Shown piece by piece: positions 1 through 11,689 of a stretch of DNA of 64,000 nt. This DNA is from Octopus sinensis (taxonomy: Eukaryota). The position numbers and the translations under genes are program-made. Every line of letters begins with the position of its first letter. Position 1 is the stretch's first letter. The DNA is taken from assembly GCF_006345805.1 (NCBI RefSeq), contig NC_043001.1, forward strand, positions 11,284,001 to 11,348,000, in the 5' to 3' direction. The notes beneath the pieces are model-generated. The model saw only the letters and a list, made by a program, of their open reading frames with translations. It ran no database searches and was not told where the DNA came from.

Positions 1-830
1 CGAGTCATTAAGTTTGGATTCATTCAGGCATTGTGAATCTAACACTAAATTATTTTCTGGCATTCCTGTATATTTTAAGAAGTTAGTGTAGATTCTAGGT
101 AGATTTCATTTATTCCAAGTTGTCGAGTACTCGTGTAAAGGCTCCATATTTATTTCGATAAATGAAACCCAACGTTTCATTAGCTCTTCAAAGTATCGTC
201 ATTTTGGCGCCCTGTCCACTTCGCAGTCCGACAGCTCCAGGTACTTACGCATAAACAAAGAGATTTCTGGTTTGAAAGCTACGAAACGAAAACCATCATT
301 TAGACATGAAAGGCAGTGATAAAATTTCTCATTTACTTTAATGAAAGTTTTGTGAGCTGTTATAAATCTCAGCATTGAGAAGAAACGAATTAAATGCTTT
401 GTAATATTGTTCAAGTATTTTCTTAAACGGCTACATTCGGGAAATTCAATGCTAGTTTTAAAAGACACCGCATTTATTTTTTCTTGGTTTTCTTTTAATT
501 CTGCAATCATATTCCTTTTAAATAAATTCATTATTTCAATAAATTGCTTCGCTGAAACACCTCCCGACGAATCTGAATGGCGTTGTTGAAGTCGTGTCAC
601 ACAGAATAATTAAATTCTTAATTATTCGTTTAGAAATGTTGACGGATACTACAATAACATCTCGACATTATACAAATAACTCTGACTTGGAAGTTGAAAT
701 TTGTTTAAAGAGGCTTAGTTATTTCTAGCGAATTGTTAAAAGAGCTTCCATATTCATTTACTTTAGTTTCTCCTTTACAAGAGCAAAATACTTTGAAAAG
801 TTTTCACACAATGTAACAAAACTTACAGAG
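1..830 (-). pseudogene. Decayed coding-like tract of unknown family (runs off the window start)
   Basis: ORF 199..600 continues in frame to position 1 with only two TGA stops (APK*RYFEELMKRWVSFIEINMEPLHEYSTTWNK*NLPRIYTNF...). The upstream part (601-830) is protein-like but has more stops and a frameshift. No motif recognised. Confidence 0.4.
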
Positions 831-978
831 AATTAAGAATAATTGTAGCAAACAAAACAAACAAAACAAAATGTAGTCAGCAAATTACTGTTTATTTTAA
901 TTCAAATCTGACCCAAGAGAAATTGAATGAAAGAGTCGAATCAGTTGAGATTCGCGCTCCGTATTTGCTCTCTGTAAT

Positions 979-1118
979 TCAATGAAGCTTTCCCCAAATT
1001 CTAACACGCACCCACACACAAACACACATGCGTATGTAGAGTTTATATATGTATATATATATATGAGCATGTATGTATGTATATAATATATGTATGTCTA
1101 TATGTATATATATATATA

Positions 1119-1151
<33 letters not shown>

Positions 1152-1220
1152 TATAGACATACATACATATATATACATATAGACATACATACATATATAT
1201 AATATAGACATACATACATA

Positions 1221-1270
<50 letters not shown>

Positions 1271-1422
1271 CTAATTCTAACATCCCTCTAAGAGATATAC
1301 ACACATAATGCATTTGTGTGTGTATATATATATATGTGTGTGTGGGTATGTATCTGTATATATATATATATATATGTATATCTATATTGCATGCACTGAC
1401 GTATATGTATGTATATACATTC

Positions 1423-1470
<48 letters not shown>

Positions 1471-1619
1471 TACCGTACATATACATACATACATATACAC
1501 ACACACTCGCATATATACACAGATAGATAGATTGATAGATATGCATATATAGATAGCTATATAGAGACAGATTACACGTACCAGTATATATATGTTTGTG
1601 TGTGTGTGTGTAATCTGTC

Positions 1620-1709
<90 letters not shown>

Positions 1710-1720
1710 AATCTATCTAT
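979..1720. repeat. Compound (TA)n/(TATG)n/(CA)n/(TATC)n microsatellite field
   Basis: Directly visible simple repeats. Confidence 0.95.
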
Positions 1721-2052
1721 CACTGTTTCTTTCTCTCGAAGATAGGCGCATGTCTTGAGAATTTCTTTTCATCGCTGATTACTATCGACTCCCAATTGCT
1801 TTCTGATTATTATTTTATCAACGCCACAAAGATGAAAGTCAAAGCATACATCGGTGGTATTCGAAATCCGAACGTAGAATGGCTTGACTAGATACTGCAA
1901 AGCAGTCTATTCGACGCTTCACCAGTTTTCTTAAGATGCAACCCTTCATATAATAAGCATATTAATCTTTGAAACGAAGGATTGTACGACTGTAATAATG
2001 GCTTTCACGACATAGACCTTCAGTCCAGTATTCACTGCTGCTATATCGTTGT

Positions 2053-2248
2053 ATCTCTCTATATAAAGCTGAAGTTGTCTGTGCGTGTATGGCAGGTTTG
2101 GTAACCTTCACTAACACTATCTCCTCCGAGACCCTGCGGCGCAAGTTGACCAAAATTGAGAGTATGATAGAAGGCTTACTCTTCGTTCCGTAGAAAAGAA
2201 ATTCAAATTGGACCATGTTAACACAAAAAATTATTTACATCAAAAACG
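2053..2248 (-). mobile_element. 3' part of a Helentron/HINE-like non-autonomous element (same family as 17187-17579)
   Basis: Reverse complement matches the 3' end of the 17187 element (GGAGATAGTGTTAGT-GAAGG...CAGACAACTTCAGCTTT-TATAT...AGAT). Confidence 0.65.
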
Positions 2249-2250
2249 TG

Positions 2251-2440
2251 CTAGCATTGCTTGACAACCGATGCTGGTGTGTTTACGTCCCCGTCACTTA
2301 GCGGTTCGGCAAAAAGAGACCGATAGAATAAGTACTGGGCTTACAAAAAGAATAAGTCCCGGGGTCGATTTGATCGACTAAAGGCGGTGCTCCAGCATGG
2401 CCGCAGTCAAATGACTGAAACGAGTAAAAGAGAAAAGAGT
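2251..2440 (+). mobile_element. SINE family A, 3' half
   Basis: CTAGCATTGCTTGACAACCGATGC...GGCGGTGCTCCAGCATGGCCGCAGTCAAATGACTGAAAC..GTAAAAGA, as in the full copies. Confidence 0.85.
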
Positions 2441-2683
2441 GAAGAGAGAGTATATAAGTCGCAGAGGATACGACGAAGTGCTTAGAAGAATTTAATTCTT
2501 TGAGCAAAACAAAGAGTTCGGTTTTTATTAAGAATTACGAGAATTCAAAATAGAAATATTCTATTTTCTATTTTATAAATATTACAAAGCTTCGCAGTAG
2601 GTAATATAAGAAACTTCTGTATTAATTCAATATATTTAATTTCTTCTGATTCAAGCTATGTTGTGCATAAAATACATGCTGTA

Positions 2684-2735
<52 letters not shown>

Positions 2736-2831
2736 ATATGTACTCAGACATATATGTGTGCGTGTATACACACACACACACACACATATATAGATTGAAT
2801 AATAACTAAATACTTTAGTAATAATATATTC

Positions 2832-3053
2832 TTTTCTATTCTAGGCACAACGCCCGAAATTTTATTGGTGCGGTGCGCAGTCGATTAGATCGACTCCAGT
2901 AGGCAACTGGTACTTAGTTTATCGACCCCCCGAAAAGATGGAAGGCAAAGTCGAACTCGGTGGAATCTGGACTCAGAGCATAAAATAAAGACAGACGAAA
3001 TGCCGCCAAGCGTGTCGCCCGGCGTGCCAACGTTTCTCCCAGCACGCCGCCTT
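2832..3053 (-). mobile_element. SINE family B (variant 3' tail)
   Basis: Reverse complement of the tRNA-like head plus the GTCGACTTTGCCTTTCATCC..GGGGTCGATAAA..AAGTACCAG core. Confidence 0.75.
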
Positions 3054-3764
3054 TTGGAAGTAATATATCAACAAATATTTAGTTCCAAGTTTAGCGTTGT
3101 AAGAATACCAAAAAAAAAAAAAAAAAAGATGAAAAATAAATCAGAGAAAAAAAATGTTAAATGAAGAGTTATTACATAAAGTATTTATTCCATCAATAAT
3201 ACATATGAAATATGATATGTCCTATCATAGCCAACTCGATGAAAATATAATACCTACTTAATTATATAACTACATAAGATATATAATTACAGTCATTGAA
3301 AACGTCTAATGGTTAACGTACGCTTTGGCATTAAAGCTTTTGTAAGTGCAGTCTACAGATTAGCCTGAAGGAAAATATTCCTATTTTTAAGTATGTGATT
3401 ACTAATAATATCAAAGTAATTTATTGAATGTGTCGTCTCAGTAATAATAGTTATTATCATAGTAATGGCTAATTCCCAGTTAATTAGTATAATTACAATT
3501 ATTGCAGTGAATGTACGTAGATAGAGCACTATTGTATTCGTCTAGTTACCTTAATCCATAAAATCTGTTATAATAATTATTGTAAGAGACACTACAAAAA
3601 GAAATAAGAAAAGCTGGAATAGATAAACCCCATAGCAGTAATACTTGGTATTGAAACATTAATTATAAGTTCTAGTAACTATATTTAAGCAGCGAAATTG
3701 ATGCTTTTGTATAAAATTATGTAAATGCGAGGGCTGTATGGACCAATGGTTATCGCGTTCGCGC

Positions 3765-4182
3765 AAGGCGGCGAGCTGGCAGAAACGTTAGCACGCCGGG
3801 CGAAATGCGTAGCCGTATTTCGGCTGCCGTTACGTTCTGAGTTCAAATTCCGCCGAGGTCGACTTTGCCTTTCATCCTTTCGGGGTCGATAAATTAAGTA
3901 CCAGTTACGCACTGGGGTCGATGTAGTCGACTTAATCCGTTTGTCTGTCCTTGTTTGTCCTCTCTATGTTTAACCCCTTGTGGGTAGCAAAGAAATAGGT
4001 ATTTCACCCGTTGCTGCGTTCTGAGTTCAAATTCCGCCGAGGTCGACTTTGCCTTTCATCCTTTCGGGGTCGATAAATTAAGTACCAGTTACGCACTGGG
4101 GTCGATGTAGTCGACTTAATCCGTTTGTCTGTCCTTGTTTGTCCTCTCTGTGTTTAACCCCTTGTGGGTAGTAAAGAAACAG
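3765..4182 (+). mobile_element. SINE family B, head plus two tandem 184-bp body units
   Basis: TTCTGAGTTCAAATTCC starts at 3835 and 4019; B-box-like GAGTTCAAATTCC. Confidence 0.85.
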
Positions 4183-4369
4183 GTTATCGCTTTCGCTCAC
4201 AACCTGACAGTTCTGGCCTCGAATCCCATTCTTTGTCATCTTACGCAAAATCCTTTTCTTCATCCTCGTTTCGATTCATTTTTGCGTGAAATTAGGCAGA
4301 TAACTGTACAGAATCCTACCAGACGGTGTGTAATTAACCTTGTCGCTTACTATGCTATGCTGACATGTC

Positions 4370-4838
4370 TGCTACTGGGAGAGGCTAAAAAAGTTAAGAT
4401 TCTACTTTATAGAAAAAAGACGGGAAAAATTTGCTAGGATATACATCTGGAAAATCCTGGAAGGACTTGTACGAAATTTTGGCATTAAGAGTTACAGAAC
4501 GGGGCGTCATTGTATAGTACCAAAGATTCTTGCATTGCCATTAGGAAACGGCCAGGTACTGTGAAAGCTTGGGTTTCAAGGGTCCACAGCTTTTAAATAT
4601 TCTCTCAAAAAACTTCAGAGACCTTCATGGAGTGGATTCAGAACAGACAGGCTCTCATCCTGTCAAATAACCCACCCCGCAGCAGGAAAAATACAAATGA
4701 GGCCAACAACGTCAAACTCCTTCATTCTCTAAATGCAACATATCAGAGCAGGTTTGAAGTAGTGAAACTGTTGCAAAGTTAACAGCGGTGCCCCAGCATG
4801 GCCGCAGCTCTCCAGCTGAAATTAATAAAAGAAAAAAA
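4370..4838 (+). mobile_element. CR1-type LINE 3' fragment with 3' tail
   Basis: Translates with frameshifts to YWERLKKLRFY..RRE..YIWKILEGLV.NFG / GFKGPQLLNILSKNFRDLHGVD, typical of the CR1 RT C-terminus. Tail GCGGTGCCCCAGCATGGCCGCAGCT..AGCTGAAA. Confidence 0.75.
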
Positions 4839-4925
4839 TGTACACATATCTATGGAATACTTGGCCACAGAATTATATTAACAATGATGTTCATTATATT
4901 CTATAGTGAAATGAAAATATAGAAT

Positions 4926-5290
4926 ACTAGCAGAGTTACCCGGCGTTGCCCGAGTTACATACACTTGAAGAATTAGACTTTTCTGTTATATTTTCTGTAA
5001 TGAACTGGAATAACTATGCTTCGAAATTTATCAAAATTGCAGATGAGAGTTATTTCTCTCTTTACACACCCAAACAAAATTGTAATTGTGCCACATGTAT
5101 CCCATACTATTGATTTTTATGCGCATATTCCAAAATTCCAGTCTTATAGAACCTGTTAAAAGGATTTTGCTCCTCAAAAATGGAGGTCATGGAGCTTTAA
5201 AATATGAGGGTGGGCATCTTAATGTCAACTAGAGAAGTTGAATTGCTGAGAATCTTTTTAACTTGGGTCTTTTATCTATTGTTTGAATTT
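4926..5290 (+). mobile_element. Helentron/HINE-like element (3' end uncertain)
   Basis: 5' signature ACTAGCAG..ACCCGGCGTTGCCCGAG, shared with 17187 and 25475. Confidence 0.5.
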
Positions 5291-6589
5291 CTTTGAAATA
5301 GGAAATATATGTTCACTGGGTTTGTAAAGGAGAGCAAAGTTACAGGAAACTAAAAGACGAATTATTACAATAAGCAGTCAGCTACAGTACCCTAGTCGTT
5401 ACCACTCCCAATGTAGTATTCCTTACCATCCAGGTGACAGGCACAGTCGTAAGATGCATTACGAATCTATAGCAATTGGAAGGGCGTGACCCCACTGAAA
5501 TAAACATTAACAACTGTGTGACGTGAGGGCTAAGGAGAAATGAAAGTTGGAGTTTGCAAATGACCACTATACTGATATGTAACTGGACAGAATAAATATA
5601 CAATCTATAAATGTCTTTGAATAACCAGTCACTCATCTGAGAAGGCCTTGAAATCAATGTTACCATCTGGGGACTATGTGTGATCCAGTGGTAATAAAAA
5701 GACTGAAAGGAGATCTGCAATCAAATAACTTTACTCAACACTTTGCAACTGAACCAGTGGAGGCAAAGATGTCTCTCATTTACTTGACAATTTATGCACC
5801 ACATTGCAGAAATCACAATGTAAGTGTATTTCAAAGCAAGTTCTTACGCTGTTGTACCATTGAATACAAATAATGCTCATCTTCTATGCTCGGATGACTC
5901 CACAGCTTCTAAGAGTACAACTATTCGTCTTTGCTTAGATAAAATGACAAAATTGTGGGTGTTAAGTCCCCATGAAGGGGTCTTTCAAACTTGTAAGAAG
6001 ATGAAATTCATAAATATACTTTATTTGTATCTAAATTTATGGTTAAAATTTCATCAACAGCAAAAATATATGAATGTCATGGGGGTTGTGGCCCTTGCAT
6101 AGAATATAATTTCCAAATTTCGTAAAGATCCTTTCAGTACTTTTGACTTAGTTGGTGGATCATAAAAGAAATCACTAAAATTTGGAAGTTAAGGCCCCCA
6201 TTAGGGTGTCTTAGAATCCTCATGTGAATTGGAAACTTTAAGAATACTTCTTGATGTGTGTCAATTACCCATGGTTGAAATTTCATCAACATCGAAAATT
6301 TATGAATTTTCATGGGGGTTCTGCCCCCTTTAAGCAATCTGAATTCAAACCAAATATTTTGCATTATATACCCGCCCTTATGCATTGAATCTAAGTTTGT
6401 GTGTGCGTGTGTGTGCGTGTGTTGTATTATATATATAGTACATATGTATATATATATATATATACATATATTATATATATATATATATTATTATATAATA
6501 TACTATATATATATATTAATTATACTATATATATATTATATAATATAATATATATATATATATACACACTCACACACACACAAAGATAA

Positions 6590-6878
6590 ATTGATAGATA
6601 CAACAATGAGTGGACATACAAAAATATGAGACACAGCGTAGTGCTTTTTTATGTTGATAAGTCCTGGTACTTGTATTTGTTTGTTTTCTTGTGAAACCAC
6701 TAAGTTAAGTGATGTAAATATATGAACAGCAGTTGTGAAGCAAGTGTGAGCGTGAAAATCACACTCATACACTTAAATATATACATACATATATATATAC
6801 GATTGATTTCTTTAAGTTTCAGTCTACGAAATCCATATACATATACATATTATTAATATATATATATATATATATATA

Positions 6879-6944
<66 letters not shown>

Positions 6945-7370
6945 TGTATGTATGTATGTATGTATGTATGTATACACACAGACACACACAAAGATAAATT
7001 GTGTGGGCAAACAAAAATATGAGATACTGCCTAGTGGTTTTTTTTAAATTTTGATAAGCCTGGTACTTATTCTATCAGTTTCTTCTTGTGAAACCAGTAA
7101 CTTATGGGGATGTAAATAAACGAACACAAGTTGTGAGGCAGTGATGAGGGAGAAACACAAAGACACACACACACAGACTTACATATATACATACATACAT
7201 ATATATACGATTGATTTCTTTCAGTTTCTGTCTACAAAATCCACTGACAAGGCTTTGGTTGGTCTGAGGCTATAGCAGAAGACACATGCCAAGTCACCAC
7301 ACAGTGGCACTGAACCCAGTACAATGTGTTTTGGAACGAAGTTTGTTACCACACAGCCACACCTGCACCA
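6590..7370 (-). mobile_element. Two degenerate SINE-A-related segments separated by TA/TATG microsatellite
   Basis: 6590-6790 resembles 6990-7210; 7215-7370 is the reverse complement of a SINE A 5' half. Confidence 0.6.
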
Positions 7371-7456
7371 ATGTATTTGTGTGTGTGTGTGTGTATGGGT
7401 GTATATATATATGCATCTATATATGTGAATATATATGTATACATATTACATGTACT

Positions 7457-7549
<93 letters not shown>

Positions 7550-7635
7550 ATATATATATATATATATATGCATCTACACATATACATGTATACATATACA
7601 TCTATATGTATAGAAATAAATGTATACATATACAG

Positions 7636-7672
<37 letters not shown>

Positions 7673-7755
7673 TAGGTGCAGGTGTAGCTGTGTGGTAACA
7701 AACTTCGTTCCAAAACACATGGTCCTGGGTCTAAATTTAAAATTTAAATAATAAG

Positions 7756-9685
7756 GGTGAGAAATTGAATATTAATTTGATTAATATGAATTGAAAACCA
7801 GCAGTGTAGCATGTAAGACCGTAGCGGATCTTCGTCTAGCAAAATGGATGTCCACTGTTAATGGTTCATCCCTCTTATATAATAGTTTGACTTTAATAGT
7901 TTCAGTATTAAAGTGAAAGTATCTGACATTACAATAGAGAGATGTGTTTGTTTCACTTTTAACACGTAATACTGAAATAGTGGAGAAGATATGATATTGC
8001 TGTAGGCTCGCCCTAGGCAAGAAGTTGTGTAGTTCTCAAGTTTTAGGGATTCATAGTGGAGAAGATATGATATTGCTGTGGGCTCGCCCTAGACAAAAAG
8101 TTAAAAAGTTTTTTTGCCCATGACACTCCCTGGACTCTAAGTAAGGCATGTGTAAAATTTGAATGAAATTGGTTGTGTAGTTCTCAAGTTTTAGGGATTC
8201 ACACAGGCAGACAGACAGACAGACACACATGCTCAGTTTTATATATATAGATAATAACATTCTTTGTGTAGTTTCGTTTCTAAAAGAAATTGAACTCGTG
8301 GTCGTCTTCGTTCTTTCTACCACTGAACAACGTGTTAAAATATTATGTAAACAACAAGCGGGGCAGAAAAGAAATATAAACTCGCAACTAAGTTTATTGG
8401 AAGTATATAACAAGAGGACTCAGAGAGCGCAAACCTGCGCTAAGGCAACACCAAACTCCTCTCAACGATCAGTCAGAGATGATTTTTAGAATGAGAATAT
8501 CTGAAATAAACTCGACTGCTCTTACAAACGAGAATGCTGAAAGTGAACCCGACCGCTATCAAAAATTAAGTTAAAAACTCGGAAAAAATAATCTAGAATC
8601 CTTGTCCGGTACTGGATCGATCCCAAAATCTAATCAGGAGGCCCCAAATCCCTAAAAGTTTCATCCGAATCCATCCAGCGGTTCTTGAGATATCTTGTCC
8701 AGGGACAATGGTGAGAAATTGAATATTAATTTGATTAATATGAAATGAAAACCAGTGGTGTAGCATATAAGACCATAGCGGATCTTCTTCTAGCAAAATG
8801 GATGTCCACTGTTAATGGTTCATCCCTCTTATATAATAGTTTGACTTTAATAGTTTCAGTATTAAAGTGAAAGCATCTGACATTACAATAGAGAGATGTT
8901 TTTGTTTCACTTTTAACACGATTAGCCAGAGATTATTTTTAGAATGAGAATATCTGAAATAAACTCGACTGCTCTCACAAACGAGAATGCTGAAAGTGAA
9001 CCCGACCGCTATCAAAAATTAAGTTAAAAACTCGGAAAAAAATAATCTAGAATCCTTGTCCGGTACTGGATCGATCCCAAAATTTCAGGAGGCCCCAAAT
9101 CCCTAAAAGTTTCATCCGAATCCATCCAGCGGTTCTTGAGATATCTTGTCCAGGGACAATGGTGAGAAATTGAATATTAATTTGATTAATATGAAATGAA
9201 AACCAGTGTGTGTAGCATATAAGACCATAGCGGATCTTCTTCTAGCAAAATGGATGTCCACTGTTAATGGTTCATCCCTCTTATATAATATTTTGACTTT
9301 AATAGTTTCAGTATTAAAGTGAAAGCATCTGACATTACAGTAGGAGATGTTTTTGTTTCACTTTTAACACGATTAGCCAGAGATTATTTTTAGAATGAGA
9401 ATATCTGAAATAAACTCGACTGCTCTCACAAACGAGAATGCTGAAAGTGAACCCGACCGCTATCAAAAATTAAGTAAAAAAACTCGGAAAAATAATCTAG
9501 AATCCTTGTCCGGTAATAAATCGATCCCAAAATCTAATCAGTTCGTGCCAATCAGGAGGCCCCAAATCCCTAAAAGTTTCATCCGAATCTATCCAGCGGT
9601 TCTTGAGATACCTTGTCCACGGACAAACAAACAAATACGCCTGAAAACCAATACCTCCGCTTTAGCAAAGGTGGAGGTAATAATA
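7756..9685 (+). mobile_element. Composite Helentron-like region with a ~452-bp tandem array
   Basis: ATGAGAATATCTGAAATAAACTCG at 8490, 8944 and 9395; related partial copy at 7756-7970. HINE-like end (CAGACAGAC..CAGTTTTATATATATAGAT) at ~8205-8252. Terminal hairpin ACCTCCGC-TTTAGCAAAG-GTGGAGGT at ~9652-9680. Confidence 0.6.
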
Positions 9686-9878
9686 TTACCAATACTATTG
9701 GGTAATTCTGATGGTGTACCAGCTCTATACTGTACTCAAACGCGTTCCTAACAGAATAAAGCATTACTATATAATAAACATACATACATACATACATACA
9801 TACATACATACATACATACATACATACATGCATACATACATACATACATACATACATACATACATACATACATACATA

Positions 9879-10254
9879 CAGGAGTGGCTGTGTGGTAAGT
9901 AGCTTGCTAACCAACCACATGGTCCCGGGTTCAGTCCCACTGCGTGGCATCTTGGGCAAGTGTCTTCTGCTATAGCCCCGGGCAGACCAATGCCTTGTGA
10001 GTGGATTTGGTAGACGGAGACTGAAAGAAGCCTGTCGTATATATGTATATATATATGTATGTATGTGTGTGTGTCTGTGTTTGTTTATGCTGGTGTGTTT
10101 ATGTCCCCGTCACTTAGCGGTTCGGCAAAAGAGACCGATAGAATAAGTACTGGGCTTACAAAGAATAAGTTCCGGGGTCGATTTGCTCGACTAAAGGTGG
10201 TGCTCCAGCATGGCCGCAGTCAAATGACTGAAACAAGTAAAAGAGTAAAAGAGT
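9879..10254 (+). mobile_element. SINE family A, full length (tRNA-like head, internal TA/TG repeat, CR1-like tail)
   Basis: Head GGAGTGGCTGTGTGGTAAG...GGGTTCAGTCCCAC (A/B boxes); tail ends in (AAAAGAGT)n. Confidence 0.9.
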
Positions 10255-10268
10255 ACATACATGCATGC

Positions 10269-10339
<71 letters not shown>

Positions 10340-10689
10340 TTTTTTAATAATATATTATTATTATTATTATTAATATAAGAAATTAATATCCAAACTAATT
10401 CAACTTGAACTATCAAATTATTTTATACATTATATTTATATTTTTTATATTTATTTATTATTTATATTTTTAATACAATAAGTTCTTTCTCACGGGTATA
10501 TCTTTATGATGAGTTTGGATATTAATTTCCTTATATTAATAATTATAATATATTATTAAAAAATATATGTATATTTTGCTCGTATCAAATATATAAATAC
10601 ATTAATAGTATTAATATTTTTATACAATGGAGCACTCAATATAAATTCAGTATATAATATTCTTATTGAATATATTTACCTAAAGACTT

Positions 10690-10908
10690 TCAACATGTGA
10701 TCTCTTGAGCATCACCAGCTCAAATATTTTTTCCTCTGTCTTCCCTTCTTGGGATCTTTCCTTCTCCTTGTTTCCGACGAAGAGCTCCGCTCGAAACGTT
10801 AAACCCTCCTTCCCTTCTTTCCTGAGCGTCAAATAATACTTAAATTGTTCCACGTCCTGCGTTGCTGTGTTTTTTTCTCTTTTTTTGTGTTTTCTTGTTT
10901 GGATTAAC

Positions 10909-10912
<4 letters not shown>
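10690..10912 (+). mobile_element. Penelope-like terminal (pLTR-like) fragment with an HHR-like motif, ending in (TA)n
   Basis: GTTT-CCGACGA-A-GAGC-TCC-GCTC-GAAA-CG-TT-AAAC at 10770-10804; ends GGATTAAC+(TA)n like the copy at 60545-60724. Confidence 0.6.
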
Positions 10913-10956
<44 letters not shown>

Positions 10957-11113
10957 CCGACAAGAAGCGTCGATGCTTCCTAGGGCTAAACAGCGGTGGT
11001 GTAATTCCCTTACAGGACTGTCACGTTATGTTGACAGTATACAACCACTCTATCGCTCCACCACCGCTCATGTCTCTTTGAGACATTTAGAAATTCAATA
11101 TTTCTAATATATG

Positions 11114-11145
<32 letters not shown>

Positions 11146-11361
11146 TATATAATATATATATATATATATTATATATATATATATATATATAATATATATA
11201 TGTATTTAATATATATATATATATTATATATATATTATATATATATATATATATAATATATGTATTTATATTTATAATATATATATATATATATATGTAT
11301 TTATATATATATATATGTGTGGTGTGGTGGTGTGTGTGTGTGTGTGTGTTTGTGGTGTGGA

Positions 11362-11675
11362 GGAGGCGCAATGGCACAGTGGTTAGGGCAGCGGACTCGC
11401 GGTCGTAGGATCGCGGTTTCGATTCCCAGACCGGGCGTTGTGTGCGTGTATATTGAGCGAAAACACCTAAAGCTTCACGAGGCTCCAACATGGGGGGGGG
11501 GTGATCCCTGCTGTACTCTATCGCCACAACTTTCTCTCACTCTTCCTTCTGTTGGCATGCTTGCTTAGCTAACGGGGTGGTGTCATTTGAAGGCTAAAAC
11601 AATGCGCTTCACATTGTGACCAGCGATGTGTAGCAACATCTGATAACCTGTTTGGTCACGGTGATCACAGTGATA
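11362..11675 (+). mobile_element. tRNA-headed SINE (family F)
   Basis: GGAGGCGCAATGGCACAGTGGTTAGG...GGTTTCGATTCCC; head shared with 58913-59205. Confidence 0.75.
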
Positions 11676-11689
11676 TATATATTATATAT

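Noticed and set aside
3150-3700. Protein-like phrases in AT-rich DNA (also 37380-37800 and 5340-6000)
   Set aside because: Frequent stops, ambiguous strand and no motifs; consistent with compositional artefact
9879-9950. SINE heads (also at 16698, 11362, 34597) as tRNA genes
   Set aside because: They have A/B boxes but no complete cloverleaf and continue into repeated SINE bodies
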